A stretch of 64,000 bases of DNA, from NCBI GenBank assembly GCA_000004985.1, contig GG738867.1; one strand, 5' to 3'. The notes below the pieces were generated by a model. It saw only the letters and a program-made list of their open reading frames with translations. It had not been told where the DNA came from and made no database searches. How positions within the stretch are numbered: the first letter of the stretch is position 1; each line of letters starts with the position of its first letter. Shown here piece by piece: positions 23,921 through 33,800 of the stretch. The position numbers were made by a program, and so were the translations under genes. The DNA comes from Naegleria gruberi. Lineage: Eukaryota.

Positions 23921-25393
23921 TTATCCAAAACCAAATGGAGTTTGTTGGGTTTGTTGAGTTTGTACTGGAGTTGAAACAAAATTGAATCCACCTGGTTGAG
24001 CTTGTGGTTGTTGGACTGGATTGCAACTGGCATACTTGTTAATGAGTTTCAATTTCCACTCTGGACTAATTGCACTAATAAAATAAAATTGTGGGGAATT
24101 ACAGCTTAGTAATTGGATCATCATTAAAACGGTTTCGATATTATTGATATGGAGATTGTCAACCAGAGTGCAGACTTCATAGGAGAGTGTCTCTCTCAAC
24201 GAAGCAAAGTTATGTAAAACCCAAACATCAATTGCACTCAAAATATTTGGTAACTCTGTTGCAGTGACCACCTTTTTGATTTGAGTTTCAAATAATTGTC
24301 TGTTCAATTCCTTGATAACCATTTGATTTTCTAAATCCTTTCCATCTACCAAGGTGTTGAATGCAATTTTAAACAAGGTAAAGTAGGAAGATGTTTCTGT
24401 AGAGTGAGGAAGTGAATAGGTTGAAAAGAAATTGTTGAAACTTCTGAGATACGCACGTGCACAATATTCTGAGAGTTTAAAGGTTGAGTAAAGTCGATTG
24501 ACTAATGTTTGGAATGTTGGAATGCCAAAGTAATCCATCACAAGCATAACTTGTAAAATATCTTCTACTTTTGCATTGGATGATTCAAAATAGGAACTAA
24601 TAGCATGTTGTAAAGCAATAGCTTTGATTCTTCCAAACTTTGATTCTGGAATGAAAGATGTTGCTAATTCTATGGTAAATACATCATTTTTCTTGGTACT
24701 GTTCTTTACCAACTGAGATAATAATCCATTATTTTGTCCAACTTTGATTCTATGAGTCTTGATTGTAGTAAAAAGTCCATTTTCATCATAAATTTCAATA
24801 TTTAAATCATGAAAATCATTGCTTTGATAACCACCAAATGACCCATGTTGTGGGATGGTAATAAATCCAGCAAGATTGGTAGTTGTTGCTGCACCAAAAG
24901 TGAAACCAAATGTTGGCTCAGTAGTGGTTGTGCCAAAAGCGAATCCAGTTTGTTGTGGTTGAGTAGCACCAAATCCAGTAACAGTAGGTGGTTGAGTTGC
25001 ACCAAAACCGAAACCTGTTTGGGGTGGTTGAGTTATAGATTGAGTAGTTGTTAGTTGACTTAATCCAAAGCCAGTAGTGGTAGGTTGAGAATTTCCTGTA
25101 GTAGTCCCAAAACCAAAACTTGGTTGAGTGGCTGGTTGGGAACCAAAGCTTCCGAATCCAGTAGTAGTGGTAGTAGTAGTTGGTGATGATCCAAAGCTGA
25201 ATCCTCCAGTTGGTTGTTGAGTAGTGGCTGGTTGGGATGTTTCTCCAAAGCTGAATCCACCAGAAGTATTGCCGGTTGTACCAAATGATGGTTGCTGTTG
25301 ATCAGTAGTAGCAGTAGCACTACTTGAACCAAAGCTGAAACCTGCTGGTTGTTGATCATTGCTTCCGAAACTATTAGTTGATGAGCTGAACAT
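23921..25393 (-). CDS. FG-repeat nucleoporin (N-terminal FSFG/GFGFG repeats, C-terminal helical domain)
   Basis: The first ~175 aa contain more than 15 FG/FSFG/GFG motifs in a Thr/Ser/Gln/Pro-rich context. The C-terminal ~300 aa are structured. The protein ends …PFGFG. Confidence 0.65.
   Translation of the reverse strand: MFSSSTNSFGSNDQQPAGFSFGSSSATATTDQQQPSFGTTGNTSGGFSFGETSQPATTQQPTGGFSFGSSPTTTTTTTGFGSFGSQPATQPSFGFGTTTGNSQPTTTGFGLSQLTTTQSITQPPQTGFGFGATQPPTVTGFGATQPQQTGFAFGTTTTEPTFGFTFGAATTTNLAGFITIPQHGSFGGYQSNDFHDLNIEIYDENGLFTTIKTHRIKVGQNNGLLSQLVKNSTKKNDVFTIELATSFIPESKFGRIKAIALQHAISSYFESSNAKVEDILQVMLVMDYFGIPTFQTLVNRLYSTFKLSEYCARAYLRSFNNFFSTYSLPHSTETSSYFTLFKIAFNTLVDGKDLENQMVIKELNRQLFETQIKKVVTATELPNILSAIDVWVLHNFASLRETLSYEVCTLVDNLHINNIETVLMMIQLLSCNSPQFYFISAISPEWKLKLINKYASCNPVQQPQAQPGGFNFVSTPVQTQQTQQTPFGFG
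24868..25393 (-). repeat. FG-repeat coding region (degenerate tandem repeats)
   Basis: The repeats were read directly from the translation. ORFs 24802..25005, 24845..25054 and 25060..25434 are alternative-frame artefacts of this region. Confidence 0.5.
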
Positions 25394-25617
25394 TTTCTAT
25401 TTTTTTTGATTAGGATTGCTGCTCGAGCAATCATTCTTTAAATCTCTTCTTGGGTTACAATCCTTGCTGAAGAATTCTTTCAAGTTCCTACAAACATCTT
25501 GTGTGTTTTTTTCTTAATCGAATTCTGTGGGTGAGAACTCTTTATTTTTGGTTTTCAAAAACATGGTTTTGGCGGGAAACCTTTTGTGAATTAAATTGTG
25601 TAACTTCACAAATTGAA

Positions 25618-26568
25618 TTATTGATAAACAACGAGACCTTTTTCATAGCAAACAAACAATTCCCCTGTTTGTTTATCCAAACACATTCCTGAAATATTAT
25701 CATTACATTTCTGCTTTTGGACAAGTTGTAAATCATCTTTTCTTAGAACTATTATTGTGTTGTCTTCTGCATCCGAAACCATTATCTTTCGATTCAATTC
25801 ATCATGAACTATCGAATAAAAATCTGAGGATGAACTTTCTGTATGCATTGAAACAATGAGTTTGAGTGCTTCCTTCCCCAATCCAAATAAGTTTTCATCA
25901 ATTTCATAAATGCTGGTCAACCCAGAACATCCAATCATAATTTCACTTCTTGAAATCAATTCGAGAGCACAAGCATCTGGAGAAATAGTTAATATTGTAT
26001 TCGTTATCAGACATCCAGTTTCACAATCCGTAATTTTCAAATGGCTTGCAAAGTCATCAAGAACGATCAGAAACCTCGTATTCTTTCCATTAAATACTAC
26101 CATTCCAAATGGATTGGAATAGCCAGCTTCCGAAGAATAAACTGGTTCAGGCAGGTTTTTTCCTTTAATGAACTCTCCAAGATGATACTTGTTTAGTAAA
26201 ATAGTATCAGCATTTGATTCAGATGGCGAAATATTATAAATCTCATCATGATCATCATCCAAAGTATGAATCAATGATCCCTCAAGAGCAAAACTATTCA
26301 GTAATATTTTCATCTTACGATCAATAATATAAACTGAATTTGTCGTAATTCCAACCAAACAATCATATCGATATGAAAGTTTAAAGTCATACCTTGTCAT
26401 TTCTTCAATTTCTAAATTTCCAATTTGTCTACAATTATCAAAGCGATAGGAGAATGGAATTTTAGGGTTTCGGAACATTGTCTTCAACTTATCTATTTGA
26501 TCCGTGATCACAGGCACAAAATCGATCAATAAAAATGAAACAGGTTCATCGTCATCATGAATCGACAT
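25618..26568 (-). CDS. Putative beta-propeller/NHL-like repeat protein, unknown function
   Basis: The ORF is 316 aa, with an ATG in aaaaaaaaaATG context. It lies only 13 nt downstream of the stop of the preceding same-strand gene. Confidence 0.45.
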   Translation of the reverse strand: MSIHDDDEPVSFLLIDFVPVITDQIDKLKTMFRNPKIPFSYRFDNCRQIGNLEIEEMTRYDFKLSYRYDCLVGITTNSVYIIDRKMKILLNSFALEGSLIHTLDDDHDEIYNISPSESNADTILLNKYHLGEFIKGKNLPEPVYSSEAGYSNPFGMVVFNGKNTRFLIVLDDFASHLKITDCETGCLITNTILTISPDACALELISRSEIMIGCSGLTSIYEIDENLFGLGKEALKLIVSMHTESSSSDFYSIVHDELNRKIMVSDAEDNTIIVLRKDDLQLVQKQKCNDNISGMCLDKQTGELFVCYEKGLVVYQ

Positions 26569-26581
26569 TTTTTTTTGTTAT

Positions 26582-27943
26582 TCATTTACTTTCTGTGTTG
26601 TTGAATAATGTGGACTTGATGATTCCTCTTACTTTCTTTGAAATAAAGTGAAGACTTGAGTTAGTGGCATGCTTAATCCAATAAAGCATTCTCCTAACGT
26701 TGCACTTTTCTGCAAAGGCAGCATATAGTATGATATTGTGACAGAGTTCGACTGGAGCAAGGATATTCGTCCATGATTTTAAGGTGTTTCCTTCATTGAA
26801 TCTTCCCAAATCTATTTCAGTAAAATAACAGAGAGTATTGAGAATAAATAGAATAGATCCCATGTGTTTAGGATAATAAGGGAACAGATTGACACTCAAT
26901 GAAAAAATCATTAACCCAAACACTGCTTGACATCCCAATAATCCCAATGACATTACAAACTTTAGACCAATATTCCAATCTCCCGAAAATGGAATTCTCA
27001 ACAAATTGCTTGTATGTCTGTATTGAAAAAATCCCACGGATTTCACAGCATTACAATAAACATATACTGAAAATATTATCAAATAAATTATATCATATTT
27101 GACAGCAAAGTCAAAAGAATCTGCTAGTTCTTCATAAAGCACTCGATATTGACATTTAAATGGCTCCATATTAACAGTCCAATATGATTGAGTTGACAAA
27201 ATTTTCAGTCTTCTTTTTGGAATTATAAATTCCTGACTCGCAACAATGCTGCTCTTTCCCAATAAATGATCTGGTTTCTCCAAATTTCCAATAAATTTTG
27301 AGAGGAAATCTAGAGCATTAGAATCACTACTTTTAAATTGTGTTTCAATATCCATAGGTTTCAATTTTTTGTAAACTATTATTGATTTTGGTCTCTTTGT
27401 AATATTTTCAACGTTGAATATTGTAATATTTCCATTAACATCAACATAACCATGAACCAATATTATGGATGCATTTTCCAATCTTGCCCATTCCTTCTCT
27501 ACCTTTCGAATAATTTTTTTAAAGTAAACTATTTCAATAGGCCACTCTTCCTCTTGTTTACCCAAACAATTTACAGGTAAATAAACCAAGAAATCAGAAT
27601 CCAACTCATCATATCCATACCTATACTTTAAACAAAGTGCCATACACCTTTTTAACGTACTCCTATTCTCATCAATTGATCCACAAAATAATTTACAAAT
27701 TTCCCCTTCAGATTTCAATTGATCAAGAATTAATTTTCCTCTTTTCAATCCAAAATTGTGAATTGTTTGCATTTTCATCAAGTAATTTTCCAATAATTTT
27801 AAACTCCAAGCAAAATCAGAATTTCCCTCGCAAAACATGTTTTTGTAAAGTGAGGAATTTAATTGAGAAATTCGGAATAGATCGAGTGGTGAGAGAAATT
27901 TACAAATTTCATACCAACATGATGGTGCTATGAAAATAGCCAT
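26582..27943 (-). CDS. F-box-like protein with C-terminal multi-helix hydrophobic region
   Basis: The N-terminus …WYEICKFLSPLDLFRISQLNSSLYKNMF is F-box-like. The architecture resembles the gene at 10760..12262. Confidence 0.5.
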   Translation of the reverse strand: MAIFIAPSCWYEICKFLSPLDLFRISQLNSSLYKNMFCEGNSDFAWSLKLLENYLMKMQTIHNFGLKRGKLILDQLKSEGEICKLFCGSIDENRSTLKRCMALCLKYRYGYDELDSDFLVYLPVNCLGKQEEEWPIEIVYFKKIIRKVEKEWARLENASIILVHGYVDVNGNITIFNVENITKRPKSIIVYKKLKPMDIETQFKSSDSNALDFLSKFIGNLEKPDHLLGKSSIVASQEFIIPKRRLKILSTQSYWTVNMEPFKCQYRVLYEELADSFDFAVKYDIIYLIIFSVYVYCNAVKSVGFFQYRHTSNLLRIPFSGDWNIGLKFVMSLGLLGCQAVFGLMIFSLSVNLFPYYPKHMGSILFILNTLCYFTEIDLGRFNEGNTLKSWTNILAPVELCHNIILYAAFAEKCNVRRMLYWIKHATNSSLHFISKKVRGIIKSTLFNNTESK

Positions 27944-28203
27944 TTTTTTGATGAATTAAATAGGAAACTAATGTAATTTAATAAAATTGCAACAAAACGT
28001 GCATCTCTTTCAGAAATGGGATTTTTCTCTTGGATGTATTGAGACGATTAGCCAAAAAGAAATACTACTAATCAACCATTCTTCTGTATTTCTAATATCT
28101 CCATAAAAGGTCCATACTTATTCGAAAGCCCACTTTAATTTTCATTGTAATCTCAAAGATTTTCTCAAATTCTTCCGTTCTGATTTTGGAAATAGTAAAA
28201 AAA

Positions 28204-30186
28204 ATGCAACAACACAACAATAGCAGACGTCTCGATATTCTCTTGTCCCATTTATTTCCCTCCTCATCATCATCATCATTAACGGTGATGCGATCAGGAG
28301 ATGAAAATTCTCAACTCTATTCGAATACTTGTTCCGGTCAATCAAATAATAATGATCTTTCATGTGCTAAATGTACAGCATTTTCCTCAACACAATTCAA
28401 AGAGGAAATGATTAATAGATATTATACTCCTGAACAAGCAAAGATAAGACAAGATATTTATGATTTGGTTAAGGATAATCCACTCTTTGAAAGAAAATAC
28501 GGACTTTCAAAAGAACAAGAAAGACAATTGACTCATGATCGTGCTGTGTATATTATTCAGAAATTGAGACCTTTTGAACTTGAACATTTTAGAACTGATC
28601 CAAAGAGATTCTTTACTTTTTTAGATACTGTTAATAATATTGATTTTGGAGTTGCTGGAAGAAGTATGATTCATTTTGGGTTGTTTGGTGGATCTGTTCT
28701 TTATTTTGGAACTGAAAAGCATAAACAATTCCAAGATAGAATTGTTAATGATTTTGGAAAGATTTTTGGCATGTTCTGTATGAGTGAAATTGGACATGCT
28801 TCAAATGTACAACAAATTGAAACACTGGCAATTTATGATCATCAATCCAAGACAATTAATATTCGTACACCAAGTGATTCTGCTGTTAAGGTTTGGAGTG
28901 GAGGTGCTGCTCAATTTGCTCAGTGGGCTGTTGTGTTTGCTCAATTGGTTGTTGATAAGAAGTGTGGAGTTCATGCATTCTTAGTTCCAATTAGATCTGA
29001 AAAGGATCATTCAGTACTTCCTGGTATTAGAATCAGAGATTTGGGATCCAAGATTGGACTCAACTGTTTAGATAATGGAAGAGTTTGGTTTGATGTTAAA
29101 ATCTCAAAAGACTTGATGCTCGATAGATTTGGAACCATTGATGAAAATGGTCAATATAAGACATCAATTCCAGATGAAAGTGTCAGATTCTTAGCTCACG
29201 TTCAAGCATTGCTCATTGGTAGAATCATGACTGCCAGTTCAAGTTTGAATGCTCTTAAAATGGCTCTCGAAATCACTTTGAAGTATGCAGTTCACAGAAG
29301 GCAATTTGGCCCAACTAATTCAGGAGAGGAATTGCAAATTATCAATTATCTCAGTTATCAAAGAAGATTGTACCCATACCTTGCATTTTCCTTTGTCGCT
29401 CACTTCTCTGTTGAGGATTTGAAGAGAAAGTATGAAACAAATTCTGACTCCAAGATGATCCACACATTGGCTAGTTGTCTCAAAGCCAAATGTAGTGATA
29501 TCTCATTGCTAGGTTGTCAAGAATGTAGAAAATCCAGTGGTGCTCAAGGTTTCCTCAGTGCAAATAGAATTGGTGAAATGAGAGATATTGCCGATGCCTC
29601 AATTACATATGAGGGAGACAATAATGTTCTCTATCAAACAGCTTCTAGAAACTTGGTTAGAAGAAATACCAAAATACCATCTTTGGAAAAATTAACCTCT
29701 CTTCAAGATTTGGCTCAATTGCAAAAACTATTCGAATTCAGAGAGGCCACTATTGAAAAGCAGTATAGAGAAAAATTGGGTAAACTCTCTAAAACTCTTT
29801 CACCTTTCGAAGCTGCCAACAAAACTCAAGATCTTGCTCTCAAGTTAGGAAATGCTTATATTGAAAATAATATTATCAAGGTATTCCTACAAGAATCTTT
29901 GGGTAAATTATCTGAAAGAAACAAGAACTTGACTGAAATATTTACACGATTGGCTCTTTTATTAATTTACACTTGGATTCAACAAGATGGTTTCTTCCTT
30001 CTCCACGATTTGGTATCTAAGGAACAATATTCTCAACTTGACGATTCTATCAACTCAATTTGTCAATATTTAACTCCTTTCATTCCAACATTAGTTAATA
30101 GTTTTGGATTCCCTTCATTCTTGACCAACGTTGTTATGGGACCAAATCTTGTTGAAAATATGTCATACGACAAGATTTACAACTAA
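28204..30186 (+). CDS. ACOX: Acyl-CoA oxidase (peroxisomal, ACOX family) with N-terminal PTS2-like nonapeptide
   Basis: ACOX family blocks are present (…CMSEIGHASNVQQIETLA…, …AFLVPIRS…, …KYAVHRRQFG…). RLDILLSHL at aa 9-17 fits the PTS2 consensus R-[LVI]-x5-H-L. There is no C-terminal SKL. The ORF-track start at 28186 is a TTG, so the first ATG at 28204 (aaaaaaaATG) is used. Confidence 0.8.
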   Translation: MQQHNNSRRLDILLSHLFPSSSSSSLTVMRSGDENSQLYSNTCSGQSNNNDLSCAKCTAFSSTQFKEEMINRYYTPEQAKIRQDIYDLVKDNPLFERKYGLSKEQERQLTHDRAVYIIQKLRPFELEHFRTDPKRFFTFLDTVNNIDFGVAGRSMIHFGLFGGSVLYFGTEKHKQFQDRIVNDFGKIFGMFCMSEIGHASNVQQIETLAIYDHQSKTINIRTPSDSAVKVWSGGAAQFAQWAVVFAQLVVDKKCGVHAFLVPIRSEKDHSVLPGIRIRDLGSKIGLNCLDNGRVWFDVKISKDLMLDRFGTIDENGQYKTSIPDESVRFLAHVQALLIGRIMTASSSLNALKMALEITLKYAVHRRQFGPTNSGEELQIINYLSYQRRLYPYLAFSFVAHFSVEDLKRKYETNSDSKMIHTLASCLKAKCSDISLLGCQECRKSSGAQGFLSANRIGEMRDIADASITYEGDNNVLYQTASRNLVRRNTKIPSLEKLTSLQDLAQLQKLFEFREATIEKQYREKLGKLSKTLSPFEAANKTQDLALKLGNAYIENNIIKVFLQESLGKLSERNKNLTEIFTRLALLLIYTWIQQDGFFLLHDLVSKEQYSQLDDSINSICQYLTPFIPTLVNSFGFPSFLTNVVMGPNLVENMSYDKIYN

Positions 30187-30875
30187 ACAACGTTAACAAA
30201 TTAATTTGAGGGTTTGATGAAAGAAAAATATTTGTAACAGTTCAATTTGATCAATTAACCCACTTTCGTGCTAAATAAATTAATCTTTGATTTCTTAATC
30301 TCATCCAATAATAATTGATAACATTCTTCAAAAATTTGGAATTATTAGGAATGATGTGTTGTAAACTACCAACCCTAATTTTGATTCCTTTTTCACTGAT
30401 GATTTTCCAATTAATTTGTAAATTTTCTCAAAGAATCTTGTTAATAAAATTTCAAAGATGATGAATTTTACTCAATTTCGTAATAATCTATTTTAGAGTG
30501 TTAACATGACATGCTTAAATATCTTATAATTGAACAGTATAGAATTGATAGGTCGAAATCCTTGGACAATTTATTGATGAACACTGACTGATGTCTACCA
30601 AATAGTAGTCATGGCAAGTACCTTACAATATGTGGCTAGTCAACTAACACTTGATTGATATGCTTCAAGAGACATAAAACCTGTCATCAATCAAGTTTCA
30701 CAGCAAACAAGAAAACTCATCAAAAAAAAAACAAAATTGTTGTGGTGTTGGTTGTTGCCCATCCCAAAAACCTGTGCTGTACATTTTCCACATTAGAAAC
30801 AAAGATTGACAAGTTAACCACTCGTCATTCAACAACAACAACACATTACAACAATATATATAATAGATTTGTAAG

Positions 30876-33800
30876 ATGTCTGTCACCAAGATGGATCTCT
30901 CCATTGCGGAGAAGAAAGCCTACGACTTTCTTATTCGTCAGGAAGAAGCCAAACGTTGGATTGAAGAACTTATCCAAGAAAGTCTGCCTCCAGGCACTGC
31001 TAACTTTGGTGATAACTTGAGAGATGGTATTGCTTTGGCCAAGTTGGGTAAAATCTTTGCTCCAACAGCAATTAAGAAGATTAACACTCCAAAGTCAGGA
31101 AGTGTTTTGGAATTTATGGCTGTTGATAACATTTCCCAATTCTTTGAAGCCTGTAAGAAGGTTAATTTCCCTGATCACTATATTTTTGGTATGTGTTATA
31201 ATAGTAACAGCTTTTATTCTAATCTATTATGTTCATGTTGTTATTCAACTCGTATGATGATGATAATTTGTTGTTATTCCTTCCCTCGCTTTTTTCATCA
31301 AATCACAAAAAATAATCATCACAAAAATAATGTTCTTCCTCCTATGATGATGTTGATGGTGAATGATAATGTTATTGTTGCTTGTTCTTGATAATAGAGG
31401 TTACCGATTTGTGGGAATTGAAAAACGTTTGGAAAGTTGTTCACTGCTTACACACACTCTCCCTCCACTTGTATAGAAATGGCTTGGCCATTAGAATGCA
31501 AAACTTGCAAAAGGCTAACTTGAAGTTCTCCCGTGAAGAAATTGAAAAGACACAAAAGTTGATTGAAGACATTGCAGATAATGCTATGGCTTTCCCAGTT
31601 GATATTGAAGAAGTTGGTGAAGAAACAGATTCATCCATTGATGATGTTTTAGAAGATTTGGCTGATCCATCAATGTGTGATGCCGATGGTGAAGGTCTTA
31701 ACAAGGCAACTGCTGGTGTCGAAGCTAAATTTGTTATTACTGCAAGAGATTCTGATGGTGAAGTTCTCAAGGAAGGTAACGAATCATTCAAGGTTACCTT
31801 GTACTCTGTTAGTTTGCTGGGTCAAGATGAAAATGCTGAACGTGTTGTTATTCAAGCTAATGTTTCGAATAATGGTGATGGTACTTATGCTGTTTCTTAT
31901 ACTCCTGAAAAGGCTGGTGAATACAGAATGGAATTGGTTTTGTTCGATGAAGAAACTCAAGAAGAAGTTGATCAATTATCAAAGGTCTCTCCACAAAACG
32001 TTACTGTTTCTTCCAATCCAACCTCTGATCCATCAAAGAGCGTTTTGGATGGTTCTGGTATCGGTTCTGCTGTTGCTGGTGTTAAATCCGAATTCCAACT
32101 CACTTCATTCGATAAGTTTGGAAACCAAGGACGTGGAGGTGAAAACTTTAATGCTACTCTCACTTTCGGATCTGAAGTTGTTCAATGTCATGTAGATGAT
32201 TTGAATAATGGTAAATATCGTTTCTCATACACTTGTCCAAAGAGTGGTGAATATACTTTGACTGTCAAGTTGGGTGATCACGTTGTTGCTACCAAGTCAG
32301 TCATTGTTAAAGATGCTGGTATTTCTGATCCATCCCGTACTGATTTCAGTGGTATTGATTCTGTTCTCGATAAGAAGGCTGGTGAACTCTCTGCATTCAC
32401 TATTCTTGCTAAGGATACTCACGGTAATGATCGTTCATCAGGTGGTGAAAAGTTCTCTGTTACTCTCATTAATGGAAGTGAAGTTACTGAAGCTAGTGTT
32501 AAAGATACCAATGATGGTAAATACCATGTTGAATACACTCTTAACACAAGTGGAAACTACAAATTGCAAGTCAAACTTGGTGATGCTGTTGTCACTGAAA
32601 AGGATGTTCATATTCATGATACTGGTGTCACTGATCCATATCAAACTACTTTCAGAGGTGAAAACTATAAGCAATTCCCAGCTGGTAAGCAAATGCAATT
32701 CTTTGTTGAAGCTAGAGATAGATTCGGAAACAAGCGTGAAAATGGTAGTGATACTTTCATTCTCCAATTCACTTCAAAGGCCACTATGGAAACTGTTTCA
32801 AGTGATTTGATCAAATTCAATGATTTGGGAAGTGGTGAATACTCATTCGATTACACTATTGAACAATCTGGTGAATATGGTATGGAAGTTTTGTTGAAGG
32901 AATCTGCTGACACCCGTTCTGAAGGTGGTAGTGAAGCTACTTCATTGTTGAAGGCTTTCTTGAGAAAGTACAAGTACACCAATATTCCAGGATTCCCATC
33001 CACTACATTTGTTGATGATAGTGGTGTTACTGATCCACAAAAGACTCAATTTGCTGGTGACGGTGTTTCTAATGCTGTCCAAGGAAAGGAATCTGAATTT
33101 GTCATCAAGACCAGAGACTCATTCAACAATGTTCGTCAAACTGGTGGTGATAATGTTGAAGTCGTTGTTTCTAATGAAGCTAGAAAGATTGATCTCCCTG
33201 CTTCTGTCAAGGATAATCAAGATGGTACTTACACTGTTACTTATACTCCAAAGGCCTCTGGTAAGACTAAGCTCCTCGTTAAGATTAATGGTGTAGTTGT
33301 TGAAAGTGATATCTTGAAGGGTGGTGTTTTCGTTTCTCCTCCAGATATTAGCGATACTTCAATGCTCGATACTGTTTTGGATCATGACTTGTTATCTGCC
33401 TTGTTGAATGCCTTCAAGGTTGAAAATGATTCTGATAACTTGATCGAAAAGATTCAAAAGCTCCGTGAAGAACTCATTAAACAAATTCGTGAGAACACTC
33501 GTATTGAAGAAAATGTCAGAGAAAAGGACAGAAAGATTTCACTCCTTGCTGAAAATAGATATGATGCCGAAACAATTTTGAATCAACGTGGTGGTATTGC
33601 TGGTTATTTCCAACGTAGAAGACAAGAAAAGATGGCTACTGCTAATGATGATAAGAAGGAAAAGTTCAATATTAAGGATTACGTTGATCACTACAGCAGT
33701 TTGTTCTACTTGTTGCAAACTAATCCAAAGTATTTGGCTAAGTGTTTGTTCTTGGTTCCATCTCGTGATATGGACCAATTCATGCAAACTGTTACATTGA

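Noticed and set aside
25060-25434. 124 aa minus-strand ORF upstream of and overlapping the nucleoporin start
   Set aside because: It is a different frame across the FG-repeat region and 5' flank, with an L/Q-rich low-complexity translation. The nucleoporin frame has a proper aaaaATG start.
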